Assembly (NCBI GenBank): GCA_037379345.1
Contig: CM074517.1
Span: forward strand, 10,788,001 to 10,852,000
Direction: 5' to 3'
DNA from: Perna viridis
Lineage: Eukaryota
Length of the DNA stretch: 64,000 bases
Program-made: the position numbers and the translations under genes
Shown: positions 49,601 through 62,980 of the stretch, one piece after another
Layout: each line of letters starts with the position of its first letter
How positions within the stretch are numbered: position 1 is the stretch's first letter
Notes under the pieces: generated by a model
What the model was told of the DNA's origin: nothing
What the model saw: only the letters and a program-made list of their open reading frames with translations
Database searches by the model: none

Positions 49601-52600
49601 CGTGACATACAAGCAACAGTGTAGGAATATTTGACGACCTAAATAACCGTCTCTTTGTTTACTGCGTATGAAATAATGGCTAATTTGTGGCAATATTGTC
49701 TAGTCTACAATGGAAAATGATTAAATACAGTAACTTACCCAATTAGAATGAATAAATCCCAAAATTATTCCACAAATTTTAAACGTGACCGTCATAGTTA
49801 AACAATTTTTTTTTCAAATGATGTGTATCACAGCTGCACAACATACATGACGTCATGTAGCACGTCGCCAAAAATAGTCTCGAAAGGAAATTTTGCAGCG
49901 CTTATAAAACTTACATATTTATGTCAGGACTATTGAAAATAAAAGAAAACTAATACCTTACAATTCAGCAAAACAGCAATAAACAGATTATTAAATATTT
50001 TTTCAACTCTCAGGAGTTTCTCATGCTCATCTCGTTGAAAAGTAGTAAATAATCCAATATTATCAGAGTAGTTTGATGTGTGTTGTTTGGTATTTTTTTA
50101 TGTACGGCAGTCTTTATATGGCATGTTCTTCTTGCTCAACTTTGTATATTGTAAATATTTTAATATTTTAAACATTTTCTAATTTTAGTTTTCAACAAAA
50201 GTGAAAAGCTGTTCTCCATGTGAGGTTTCACTCCCAAATCAGAAAAATAAGAAAGAAAAAACCAAAGGTTTTGAAGTTATATTGGAGGACACAGTTCTGT
50301 TTCCAGAAGGTGGTGGTCAGGTAATTCTTATCTTATATATGTTCTATGTTAGGTTGTATTACCAATACATGTAGTAACAGAACATTAAAGTTAGGAAGTA
50401 CTTTTCTTTATATTTTACTTGTATGTATCTATATTTTACCTGCAGTGTTCACACTCAAATATGAAACATATGATAATCATATGGTGCTCAATTCATATGA
50501 TAGTCATATGGTAAAATACAAATGATAGTCATATGATTATCGTAGGATTCTTATGTGTTAGTTTTGGCTTTGAAACAAATGATAATCATGTGTTTTTGAA
50601 CTGAAACCTGTGATTTTCATATCATGCTTGTTTCTTATGATTTCCATATCATATATTGCAAACTGTTTGATTGTCATGTGTGGCACTTTTGATTGAAATT
50701 CAGGCAGAGGGGTGTTCAGGTTTATTTACAAATGTAGTTGCTGGGTAGTTGACAAAAACATCACCTTATTTCAGATTTGTTTTACATTCATCATTTTTAT
50801 CTTGTAGAAACACTTTAAGTTGGAAAAGTGTCTGTTGTTTAGAAATGTTTACAATTCTTGTTTGCACATGTGGCTTTATTGAAAGTATGTTTCTTAAATC
50901 TTTTTCAGCCAGATGATAGAGGCACAGTGAGTATTGTATAAAGTGTGTTCTTTTATTTCTTTAGATAGTACTTTTACATGCAAATTTACTTCTGTACCCC
51001 AAGCTTGATTCTAATAAACCAAGGAAGAAGCAATGGTATACAGACAATGGAGCTATTATCTACAATAACATAAGTTGGTATATGTATTGTTGAAGTGACA
51101 TTGGTATATGTATTGTTGAGGTGACATTGGTACATGTATTGTTGAGGTGACATTGGTATATGTATTGTTGAGATAACATTGTAAAAAGTATATTTGGAAT
51201 ACAAACACAAAAATGATACAATAAATAAACGATTTATAACAATTTCATTAAACATTAAGAGACATGAAAGCCTACCTTTTATTAATATTTAGTATGTTAA
51301 TTGTACATAATGCTTTACTTAGCCAGTGATTATCCTACTTTTTTGGCCATGGACCCCATTCACTTGGCAAAAAGAGCTTGAAAATTGTGAAATAATCTGA
51401 ACTTATACATGTATGGGGGCAGAGACTTTTTTACAATATTTAAAAATAATTTCTTATTAAAATCTTTTTGTTAAAAACCATTGCAATTACATTTTTCATT
51501 GTTGAAGTGCATGAGGTGACCTCTGAATGTAAATATGATACAGTTGAGTGGAGAGAGGTTCTATACATTTTACAAATCTCCATTTAGTTATGTACAAATC
51601 TTGACACTATCTTTCTAGTCACAATTTGGAATTTAATTGCTGAAGTTTGGGAAATTTGGAGCATATTTCTCTTTTGAAATGGAGCTGAAATTTAGACTGT
51701 GTAAAAAAGGTTAGAAAATCATAATTTTTTTTTTTCACCAACAACAGTGAAAATTGGTATCACTCAAACAATAACTCTTTCATACAAATAAATTATTTCA
51801 ACAATTATCTCACTGGTATGTTTTTTTTTTTTATATAACTTATATTAAGGGTTGGAATTTACTTTCAAAAGTGGATGGGCTTGGACCTTCCGAGTTAGAA
51901 ATCAATGGTTCACTTGAGGAAAAGAAAAAGTCCTCAATAAAGTGTCAGTTAAATGGGTTCCAGGGACCCAGATAAATGAAATGTCAAAGGTCCTAGGCTA
52001 GAAATTGAGGTTCCTGGACCACCACTTAATTTTAAACCTGTCTTATGTTATCTGTTATGTTTTAATATTTGAGTTGATGTGTTCTATTGATTAGATAAAT
52101 GGTATACCTGTGCTGAGAATAACAAGAAGAGGAGCAGATGCTGTTCATTTTGTTACTACAGAAATCTCACCTGATACAGATGTTGATCTGGAAGTTGATT
52201 GGACACGTAGATTTGATCACATGCAGCAACACACAGGTAATACCTGAAAAACTAAATCACATACAGGTATTTCATAACCCAGACACTATAAAAACAATAT
52301 ATATAACAGAAATATTTTAAGTTTATCGTATCAAATGTCAAGAAGCTGTTTGTGTGCCAGTATTTCTTACCTTATATCATAAAAATGCATGTTGGAATTG
52401 AATTAATTTGGGTAGAATTGACAGTATGGCACGAGGAAGGAAACTTCTTTTCATTATAGTTTTCATTAATTTTTATTTTGATGCAGTTATTGGACTTAGA
52501 ATGCAATCTTACTGACTTCAATTATGACTTGCTAATTTTCAATAGCCAACTCCTTTGAAGTGTTTGTCTCTAATGCTTATTAATTAAGATGATGGATGAA

Positions 52601-55600
52601 ACAAGTGCTTTGGTGTTGGCTTCTGTTTTATTGCATGATTAGCTTCTCTACAACCAACTGACAGTATTTTCCTTCTGATACATTGGACTGATGCACTCCC
52701 TTGAACAAGTTGGGAAAAATAAAATAATTAGGGCCTGTCTATCCATGAAAAAATTGTGTCCAGGCTGTAACTTTTTTTATTTTTTCATGTAGGATTTTGA
52801 TATTTGGCATGATTGTAGATCAGCTCAAGATGATGTGTTACATACCAAGGTTGATGGCCATTATTCTTGAAATTTTATCTCAAGTTCAAATGAATGATTT
52901 GTGCATACAAATTTTGTCCAGTGTTTTCTTTTTGTCTTTATAGTGTATGCTTTTCATTGTTTTTAATGTTTCTTTAAATTTGGTCAGCATTTTTAGAGGA
53001 GCTGTGAATTAGAAGATAGTTCACTCTTAGTTGATTAATGATATAGTCCATGTATTGAAGCAAGAAACTCCAAAAGTCATTCAGATAGAAAACAAAATAA
53101 GAGATGTACGAAGGCATCACAGCATAGAAAATGCAGCAGCCATTCATTTATGTACAAAATATGTCCTTACCACTACTTTGAGGTTTAATACCCAACGACT
53201 CAAACCAGCCTTCAATTTTTACATTACTGATTTGTGTCTTACACAAATATAATGCTTTACTATGAAATGTCTGCCATAGGACATGAAACTGTAATCAATC
53301 AGTCACTGTGCACATTTTTTAATTTCCAGGTCAGCATTTGATAACAACTGTAGCAGAAAGTATGTATGGTTGTCCTACAACATCATGGTATGAACTATTT
53401 TGTGGTAACAGTGTAGACTGTAAGAGTTTAGTTTTGTCTTATTTCTTTGTTAACTTAGAGCCAGTTTCTTAGAAAGTCATATTTAAATATTGTCATTTGT
53501 AGAATGTCACAGTATTTTTTTCCATACTGTCAATTTTATGCTTTCAGGTTTTTGTGAAAGTTTAGTTGGTCTCTGTGAATACAATGTACTATACAATGAT
53601 AACAAATAGAAATTCACACAGATTATTGTTATATTAGTCTTTTGGCCTCATGAAAATACAATGCTAGAATTAAAGCTAACAATGGGGAATATTATTATTT
53701 ATAAAACTGCATGAAACAAATTATTATGGTTGACACAAAAAAAAAAGAAAAATGTAATAACGAGTAGTACATGTTGATTATTTTAAAATCAGGAATTTAG
53801 GTGAAAAGATCTCATCTATAGAACTTGACATACAAAAATTGACTGAGAAGCAGATGATAGACCTAGAGGATGCTGTCAACGAGAAAATAAGAGAATGTGT
53901 CCCTGTGACTCCAGTTTTATATCATGATAAAGATGATCCCAAACTTGCTGAGGTTTGTAACTTTTCAGAAAACATTGTATTTTTGTGTGTTTAAATTTTG
54001 CACTTTTAAGAGAGATACCAAATAAACCAAAATAGAACTACGGCTAAAATTTATGGTATGTTGATGTTGGCATTATCATAGTCCTTGTTGTTGTCTATGT
54101 CCTTGTCTGTAGAGACTTGATTGTCATCTGATAGCATGAATATCAGTTGGTTGATTTGTATAAAAAATCTATTACAAGGTTCCACACCACTAAAGGAAGG
54201 TTGGTTTTGATTCTGGGGGCATGGTCCTAACCATTATTGGGAATTAGGGGCAAAAACATACATTTTAAAAAAACTATATAACTTCAGTCAAAGGATATGG
54301 ATGTCTATGATATTTGTCCACAATAATCTATACCACAAAGGCCATGCTGGAATTGATTTTGAATTTAAAGAACTGTTTAGCAATGAGGGGCCTAAAAGGG
54401 GTCTGGAAACAAGCATCTTCATGATGTTCAGACAAGAGCTTGACTTTAAGTAATTGTATCTTTTTAATAGTATACCACAAGGTATCATGAAAGGAAGGCT
54501 TGGATTATCTATTTGGCTATGACTTGAAACCTATTAGGAATTAGGGAGGATTTCTTTTACATTAAATTACAACAGGCCATACTTTAAAAGGGGGCTAGGA
54601 TTGATTTTTTTGGGTTGACACTTGAGCTCACAAGAAAGGGATCACGAAAAGACCAAAACAAGATTTTTATTTTCTGATTACTAGATAATTACTTGTGTAA
54701 AAGGAATTATCGTAACCACTTTGAAATTCTGCCATAAAGGACTATTCCCTAATGGAAGGTCAGGCTTCCACTGAATTCATTTTAATAGGAATTAAGGACC
54801 AAAAATGCTCAAATCATTTTCCTGTGCCAAATGTCAAATCACCATAAAAATCAAAGCTGTATCAAGTTTGCATGATGTGTCTAACTTGTCCTAGCTGTTC
54901 AGGGTTTGACCTCTGCAGTCACATCAAGGTGTGCCTCATGATGCATTTTATTGGACTGAAAAATTCAGTAGTGCTTGCACCTATTTTCATGAAACTTTGG
55001 AAAACAGTTTATTACTATTAATGTTACCTACCTTTTCCGATTGTTATAGATTTCTGATTTTCCTTTTTAAAGTTTTTGGACTTAATTAATAAAAAGGAGA
55101 TTTCCCATAATTTCACAATAGCATGAAAATGCTGAAAGCAAATTTTCATGAAACTTTGTTAAGTTGCTTGTTTTATTGTAATCTCATCTTTTATGGTTAT
55201 ATATTTTGTAACAAATATTTTTTCACAATCAAAATTCAGAGCTGTATCAAGCTGATATTTTGTGTTTATATTTGCCCCATCTGTTCAAGGTCAGATCTCT
55301 GGGGCATATCTAACTGCACTCTGTGAAGCATTTTATTATATTTGTCATTGTTCTTAGTTGTTTCTATACTATAATTAGGGTATACACGTGTGAATCTGTA
55401 TGAAATTTTACCTCAAGGTTTTGTACCAGACAAGGCAGGTAGATATTTGATTTGAGGTTATGACCCTGACCATTTAGAAGTTAACATTAGTGGCTAAATC
55501 CTGTATTATATTCTTAAACATTGTTTGAAATGCTTATTCCTTGACCTATTTAAGTGGTATTTGATTAAAAGACTTGATATATTTTAGTACTTGATATGAA

Positions 55601-58600
55601 GAATCTTACATTTAACTCAGATTTTCTACTTTGAATTATTTGGGCTCTTCGCTATTCTGAATCAAACAAATTGTTTATGTTTTTTTTTATTTTGGTTTCT
55701 TCTTTTAAAATTTTGGGTCCAAAATTAAAAGCATTTTGAACTTCAACTACTGAACTTAAAAAAAAAAAGAACAGATTTGATGAAATACAATAACATAATT
55801 TAAGTATACCATCTAAGTCATGCTTTGATTGATTTTAGAGGTGAACACCAATGAATTTTAAACATTGTGCTTTGCTTCTTTGATTTTCTATAATCGTTAC
55901 ACAAACACCATTCTACCATATCACTATTGCTGTTTGAGGGTATATAAAAAAAGCACAGCAGCATTCTTCTTTTTGTTTCCCGCAATAACATGATTGAAAT
56001 TGTATGGATCTGTATGAAATTGTACTGGTTCCATACCACAAATAAAGTTTTTAATGGATAGAAGAGTTATAGAAATTAACTTTTTGGAATTAATGGTCAA
56101 AAGAGGGTCAGACAAAGGATTTTCTTCAACCTTTTTAGCTCACCTGGCCGTAGGCCATGTGAGCTATTGCCATCACTTGGCATCCGCCATCGTTGTTAAC
56201 AATTTCTTCAAACATCTTCCCCTCTGAAACTGTTGAGTAGATTTGCATGAAACTTATAGTGACTGTTCCTTAGAGTATCCTGCACAAAATGACCATTTTG
56301 ATTTTTGAAGGGTTAAAAAACATGGTCGCCGTTATTAAAAATAGAACATAGTGGTTAGACAGCAGATTTTTGCATATATCTCCAAAACCGTTAGGTTTAG
56401 CCAAATTTTGACATGAGGGTAAAAGTATTCAGCATGATGGGATCTATCTGTGGTCAAATTTTGGTGAAAATATGTTGACCCATGATGGAGTTATTGCCCT
56501 TTTGGTTGTTTTTTTGCTGTTTTTGATTTTATTACTTTAAAAATCTCCTTCTCAAAAATTACTGTACAGAATTCAATGAAAGTTGTAATTTTTGTTTTTT
56601 AGGGTATCCTTAACAAAAAGAATGTTTGGATTTTTGATCGGTTAAAAAACATGGCCGTCTTTACTAAAAATAGAAAATAGGGGTAGTACAGTAGTTTTTT
56701 GCATATATCTCCAAAACCATTAGGTTTGGCCAATATCTTTCAATTGCTGAAATTTCCTTATTGTAAGGCCTACAAAAGTCTTCAGGGATTAAAGTTGTCA
56801 GACGACTCCATATAAGAGTTATTGCCCTCGAAAGGCAAAAAAATACATTTTTTGTAGTTTTCAGTCAATATCTTGAAAATTATAATAGATAGAATGAAAC
56901 TTTTGATTGATGAAATGATCCTCATGATAAGTCCTACCAAAGTTTTCAGGGATCAAAGTTGTCAAACGACTCCATATAAGAGTTATTGCCCTCGAAAGGC
57001 AAAAAAATACATTTTTTTGCAGTTTTCAGTCAATATCTTGAAAACTATAATAGATAGATTGAAACTTTCACTTGATGAAATGATCTTCATGATAAGTCCT
57101 ACCAAAGTCTTCATGGAGTTCAAATTGTCAGACAACGTTTTGTTAGAGTTATTGCCCTTGAAAGGCAAAAATTTAACAGGTAAGCGATTCATGCTCCTGG
57201 GAGCCTTTTGTTTGAATAACATTTTTCTAATGTATCTAAATGTAATTTCAAAACTCTCTAACTACTTTAATTCTGGTCAGAATCTTGTCAAACATTGCAA
57301 TATGAAGCTAAATCAAGTTTAAATGATAAGTCTCTATTTGTCCCAACAATTTTCAATTTCTGTAATTGTATCAAGCTGTGCATTGCAAACTATTTTATTA
57401 TTTGTATTTGCAGCTATGGAGATACATTAAAAAAAATGTGGTCTGCTGTATAAATTGAACCAATCTTCTAGAGGGGTTTGGTTTAGACAGGGTGTCACTG
57501 TTATTCTGGTCTCCTTTATTGCATCTGACAACCATGTATTTTTGTCAAGCCAGTGTTTACACAGGTTGGCTATTGAGGTCACCCTTATTACCTCTGTCAA
57601 CCATGTAAGCAGTGATTAGAAGTTTCTCTGATATTTATGTAATTTTGTGAAAATACGCTCACTGTAGAGGTCTCCCTAATAATGTTGTCAACCATGTATT
57701 TTTGAATGAATACAGGGATGTGTTTAGAAGTTTCTCTAACATATATATATATGTACTTTTGTACTTACAGGCTCGCTGTCGAGGTCTGCCTGATGATCAT
57801 GTAGGCCCAGTCAGGGTTTTATCTATAGAAGGATTAGACAATACACTGTGTTGTGGTACACATGTCTCCAATTTATCTCACTTACAGGTATTTTGGTATT
57901 TTTACACCCCAGCTCTATTACATAACCTTTTTTTGCCTTCTATCTTTCCGGTACAAACAATTTTTGGGCTTCTTACACGACAAAAGAGATTGCTAGATAG
58001 ACAGAAACAAAAGGTGAAACTCCCTGAAAAATATTGTATGGTTTGATAAACTGTCAGTGACAGTTTTTGACATCAATGTGTGAGAATTCTTGCAGACTTT
58101 GAAAATAAAGCACTCATATATAAATAGTTTTGAATTATAAAAGAAATAGTAATAAAAATTGATGGTCAATCCGGACACTTTGTCTTATAAAGATAGGGCC
58201 AGAATTTTACAGCTGTACAGGAAAAATTACAACAGATGTTTTCATATGTTTTAAAACATATAGGAGCATATGTTTACAACCACTATGATAAAATATGTTT
58301 TTGTGACTTTAAAAATACATGAAATTATATGTTTTTGAAAATCATATAAAATCCATACTCTTTTAATATATGAAATAATATCCATATTGAAAAGTTGTAG
58401 ATACCGTATGATTTTTATTGCACTGCTTTTCATGAATTAAGTACCATTCTGTATAAGAATCCGGCAATGGGTGGCACATCATATTTCTCAATTTGGTCTT
58501 TTTTGCCTCACATATATTCAATACATCTAAAAAACATCTGAACAGCTATTTAAATTCATCCTGAAGCATCTGTGACATAGATATTACTTGACCGTTTATA

Positions 58601-59104
58601 TAAGGAAAATGTGCAGGAAAATATTCCCACCATTTTTCCATGGTGAATTTTAACTAATTTTGACCTATCATTATCTTAAAATGGCAAATTTTACTAACAC
58701 ATTGTTGCTTATTTCGGGAGATTATCGGGTATAAATACTTGGTTAATGCAATAAAATCTCTGTGTTTTTTACTTGTATGTGGCACACCTTATATACATTT
58801 TGCCCCATTCTTAGACGGAGAAGTACTTAATTCTTTAGTCAGAAAGACATGTTTTTATATGTTTTTCATGGTGGTCTTGAACATACCGATATGAAAAACA
58901 TGTTTAACATATGTTTCAATTTTTCTTGTTTACTACACAACTAGTCTTTAAACAACAGTTTTATCGTTTATAGCTTATCAAATTACTAGGAGTAGAGAAA
59001 GGAAAGAAAAACAAAACCAATTTATTGTTTGTTGCTGGTGACAGAGTGAGACAGTATTTGGGACGCAGCTATCAAGTTGAAAAGTCTCTTATGACAGTAC
59101 TAAA
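46691..59104 (+). CDS. AARSD1: Alanyl-tRNA editing protein AARSD1 (AlaX), spliced, 3'-partial; exons 46691-46729, 50189-50320, 50909-50926, 52095-52236, 53330-53387, 53793-53952, 57771-57887, 58974-59104
   Basis: MALACQKDSYLKK|FSTKVKSC...LEDTVLFPEGGGQ|PDDRGT|INGIPVLRITRRG...DWTRRFDHMQQHTG|QHLIT...|RGLPDDHVGPVRVLSIEGLDNTLCCGTHV|LIKLLGVEKGKKNKTNL. Contains the HxxxH and CxxxH zinc ligands; phases are consistent. Confidence 0.95.
50909..50926 (+). CDS. AARSD1: AARSD1 18-nt microexon (PDDRGT)
   Basis: tctttttcag|CCAGATGATAGAGGCACA|gtgagt; supplies the residues missing between GGGQ and ING. Confidence 0.9.
51075..51180. repeat. 26-bp minisatellite, about 4 copies
   Basis: Unit ttggtatatgtattgttgaggtgaca. 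Confidence 0.9.
56132..57210 (+). mobile_element. Helentron/HINE-like element with an internal ~165-bp tandem array
   Basis: tttttagctcacctggcc...gtgagct head; gagttattgccc units at about 56817, 56980 and 57146; tail acaggtaagcgattcatgctcctgggagcc followed by a T-run. Confidence 0.7.
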
Positions 59105-59298
59105 GTAAGGATTAGTCATATCGTAGAATATGAGGATATTTCTTGATATATACTTACCACATGAGGTTAAATACCTGTATAGATATATAGATGCATAAAT
59201 GGCTTTGCAATTTGAGTGGGTCTATCTTTTTAGCTTGTCAAGTGTATGAATGGATTGATTTTTAGAGGACTTTAAATATATATTTATAGTAGATTGTA

Positions 59299-60092
59299 AG
59301 GGTCTGGAAACAGTCAAAAATGCCGGTCATTGACCGACAAATTTTGCAAATGATAGACGACCATTTCCAATATCAGACATAAAAATTGTCAACCTTTGTA
59401 AATTACAGTTTGTGTGGTTTTATTAGTGTATAAACATCCTGTCTACCTGTCTCCTAATTGTTTATTGAAAATTAATTGACAGATGTGCATCAATTTTAGC
59501 TTATGTGCAGCTACCTGTTACTGTGATTTACCTGTAGCTGATACATGTGCAGCACCATTGTGTATGCAAATTAATTGAAGTGACCTAGAGAATTTTCATA
59601 CATTTATAACTTGATTTAATTAAGGAAAAGCTTGACAAATCCATCATTTTCCCGCTGATCTTTTAGTGGTAACGAAAGCACATGGTGCTGAAATCAGCCA
59701 TAGTTTGTAGTTATTAATTTGTTGATTGAATCGTTTTAACACAGAATTCAATAACCCATTTAAATCAATATACAAAATGTGTTTGCGATTTTCTTTTATA
59801 AATAATCAACATTTTTTTCATCACTCAGATGTTTTCGGCTGTCTGCCGATGTTATGAAAAAGTCCGAGAGATACAGTGTTTTGTTTACATGTCAGAACAT
59901 CCATGTGTGGTCGAAACCAAACTCATTCACTCGTTCAGATATTTTATTAAAGACAGAGTATGTGATGAAGTAACACAAATTCCAATATTAATCTTTAAAT
60001 TACTATTAAAGAAAGTTTATTCTCGATCTGACACAAATGTCTGCTACAGTTTGATAAAATGACTGACTTGGGCTGTCAAAATTTCTGGACCC
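59299..60092. mobile_element. hAT-like non-autonomous element
   Basis: Inverted termini agggtctggaaa / tttctggaccct. No clear TSD. Confidence 0.5.
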
Positions 60093-62449
60093 TTGGTAGG
60101 TGTTTAACTTAATGATAAATAGAGTATCTAACAGTAAACCCTTTGCTTAATTTGGCTTGTGTTGCGATGGCAGTAGTTGTGAATAATATGCTTAGTTGAC
60201 TTATATAAAGGTATGGCATTAATCTTTCTAATGAGTGTTAAAAGATTATTTACTTATCATTCATATGAATGAAGTATTGGAAAGAGAAATTTTTTTTTCT
60301 GTATTCATATTATAAGTTTGGATAAAGTAACTATCAGTATTGCAGATAGATTCAAAATTTTTCTTATCATTTTTCTGTGCATAAGGATCATAAAATTTGA
60401 CTTCACAATATTTTGCTTGTGCAAGGCAATGTGAATATGAGGGACAGAGCTATTTACACTCCAATAACAACTTTGTAGATAATGCATTGCCATGTTGTTA
60501 TGGGTAATGTCTTAACCAATGGGGTAATGCATATTACCCCACCTCTGAAAAAATCGGCCAATCCCTGCGCCTCATAAGTGTTACATGAAGGCTGTGTATT
60601 TCTTAAACCTGGTTGATGTTCTTATACTTGATGACTAATTTAGCAATACACAGTCAATGCTGGAGTTATCGTGACAAAGACAAAAAGCTAATTATATCAA
60701 TTACTTATATGTTGTAGGTCATTGATGTGATAAATTCATTACATAGTTATTTAGTGACTATGTAACTATTATTACACCTGATTGGTGACTTTGTTTCAAG
60801 ATTAAACTATTACTTCCAATTTACATTTATCATTTTTAATAGAATGATTTTGAGCCATTAATGTATTACTTTTTCTGGTGTGGGCATTGGCATGGGCATC
60901 AGTGTATGTGTCATTGTGAAGACTTTCATGTTAAGTTTTTTGATATGGTCAGTTTGATTTAATCCCCATGTCCCTGGTCAATCATGTTTGATATACACTG
61001 GCATTAACATTACTATAACACAATCCTCTATCTATTTCATGCATATGCCCCTACAGTCACGGTCTATTGACTAGGAAATTTCAAATAAAGATTTTCATTT
61101 TAAGTTTACAAATTAGTTCAGTTTGGTATGAACTACTTATGCTATGTGTTACACATAACTTTCTGTCCTTTAATCACTTGGGCAATAACTAAACAAACCC
61201 ATATTAAAGTCTGACAATTTATATACTAATATTCCCTGGTTAGTGTAACATATGAAAAACGTGAAAGCATCTACAAATAACTGAGAACTAACTTAAATGT
61301 GGGAAGTCCCTAACTTTATATTTACTGATAGAATTACAATAACAAAAATATTTGCTGATTCTGCAGAATACATAGTTCTACCGGAACAGTGTTTGGTCTT
61401 CTATATACAAAAGTTCAGTTTAAACATAATTCATAATTGGATCTGTCACTGTTGCACCACTGGAGGTCACAGTTCATCGACAGGCATATACTTCACTCTG
61501 TTTTTACAATTATCATCACTGATAAGAAAATATGATTATGAGAAAGTCCAGTTATCAGTCTGTGCATATAACTAATATCTGTTAATTATTAGGTCAACAA
61601 GCCCTTATCATTATTGAAAACAAAATAAGCACTAGAGAAATAGTATTGTCCAATTTTCAGTCCTAACACTGTGTCAATCATATTTTGTACCCGATATGCA
61701 GTTGCATTAGTATCACTATACCACAATTCTATATCCATTCATGTACTGTAAATGTTTTAATTTTCACAGTTTCTGAAAAGTCAACAAGTTTGCAGGTATT
61801 AATTTTCACGGTTGGAGAAATAAAGTTTTTTCAGTAGTCTTGGCAGTGCGTGACTCCTCTTTTGATCAGTTATTTTAATGTCAATATTTCAATTAATTAA
61901 TGACTGCTGTTAATATTACATTAACAAATTGGAAAGTGCACATATAAAGTTTCCTCTGGCCATTTTAATCTAACAGTTTATTCTTATTCAAAACTAAAAA
62001 GAACTCACTTAATTGCCCAAGCTGTAGCTAATAGTAGGGATTAAATTTTGATACTTTTATTGCATGTTTATGGATTAACTTTAATGGTAATTTTTTATCA
62101 GTGATGACCTGTAGCGTGTATTTGACACATTGTATGCTCTTTTTGAATACCCGGTAGAATGTTTGCACAGTATTGATTTCTATTCATTAATGTGACAAGT
62201 AATCTGTGACCATTGATACAAATCATTATGTAAACAAGATCATGAATTTAGAAATTATAACCCACATGCTTTTACGGTATACGTTTTTATAATAGACGTA
62301 GTATAAATTCATTGATTGCATTTAATGATACGACCCCAACACAAAAGATGTTTCTATTCAAAATTGTGGAAACCAGGATTATTATGGTCAAAAGGCTTGG
62401 AAATGTGAATATATTTTTGCAGGTACTAATATCCATGTTCTTGAGACAA

Positions 62450-62980
62450 CCACAAAAATAGTGAAAATTAGTATGTCCCTGCAGCCATGGTCTGTAGACT
62501 TTGAAATTTCAAACTTCATGTTAAGATTATGTCTAATTAGGTCAGTTTGATATGAATCACTTATGCTAGGCCAATCATATTTGGTATGCACTGGCCTTAG
62601 CATCAATATACCACATTTCTATATCCATTTCATATATATGCCCCTGCAATCATGGTCTGTAGACCTCGAAATTTCAAATTTCATGTTAAGATTTTGTAAA
62701 GTTTTCTAATTAGGTTATTTTGATATGAACCATTTATGCTAGGTCAATCGTATTTGGTATGCTATGTCATTAGCATCATATGCACTTTATCACAATTCTG
62801 TATCTGTTTCTTGCCTTTGCCTTTGCAGTCATTGTTAATTGACTTACAAGTTTTTTTGTTAAGATTTTCATGTTAAGTTTTCTGATAAGGTCATTTAACA
62901 TGAATTACTTGTACTAGGTCAATTGCATGAGAATCATCTCTATTTTTCATGCGCATGCCCCAACAATCAGTCTTTGAAAT
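62450..62980. repeat. Decayed ~165-bp tandem array (Helentron-associated type)
   Basis: catggtctgtagac..gaaatttcaaa.ttcatgttaagatt is repeated at about 62487 and 62652, with a degenerate third copy. Confidence 0.6.

Noticed and set aside
56873-57322. 149-aa ORF
   Set aside because: It lies in the tandem array of a Helentron-like element, and the peptide repeats with the DNA unit.
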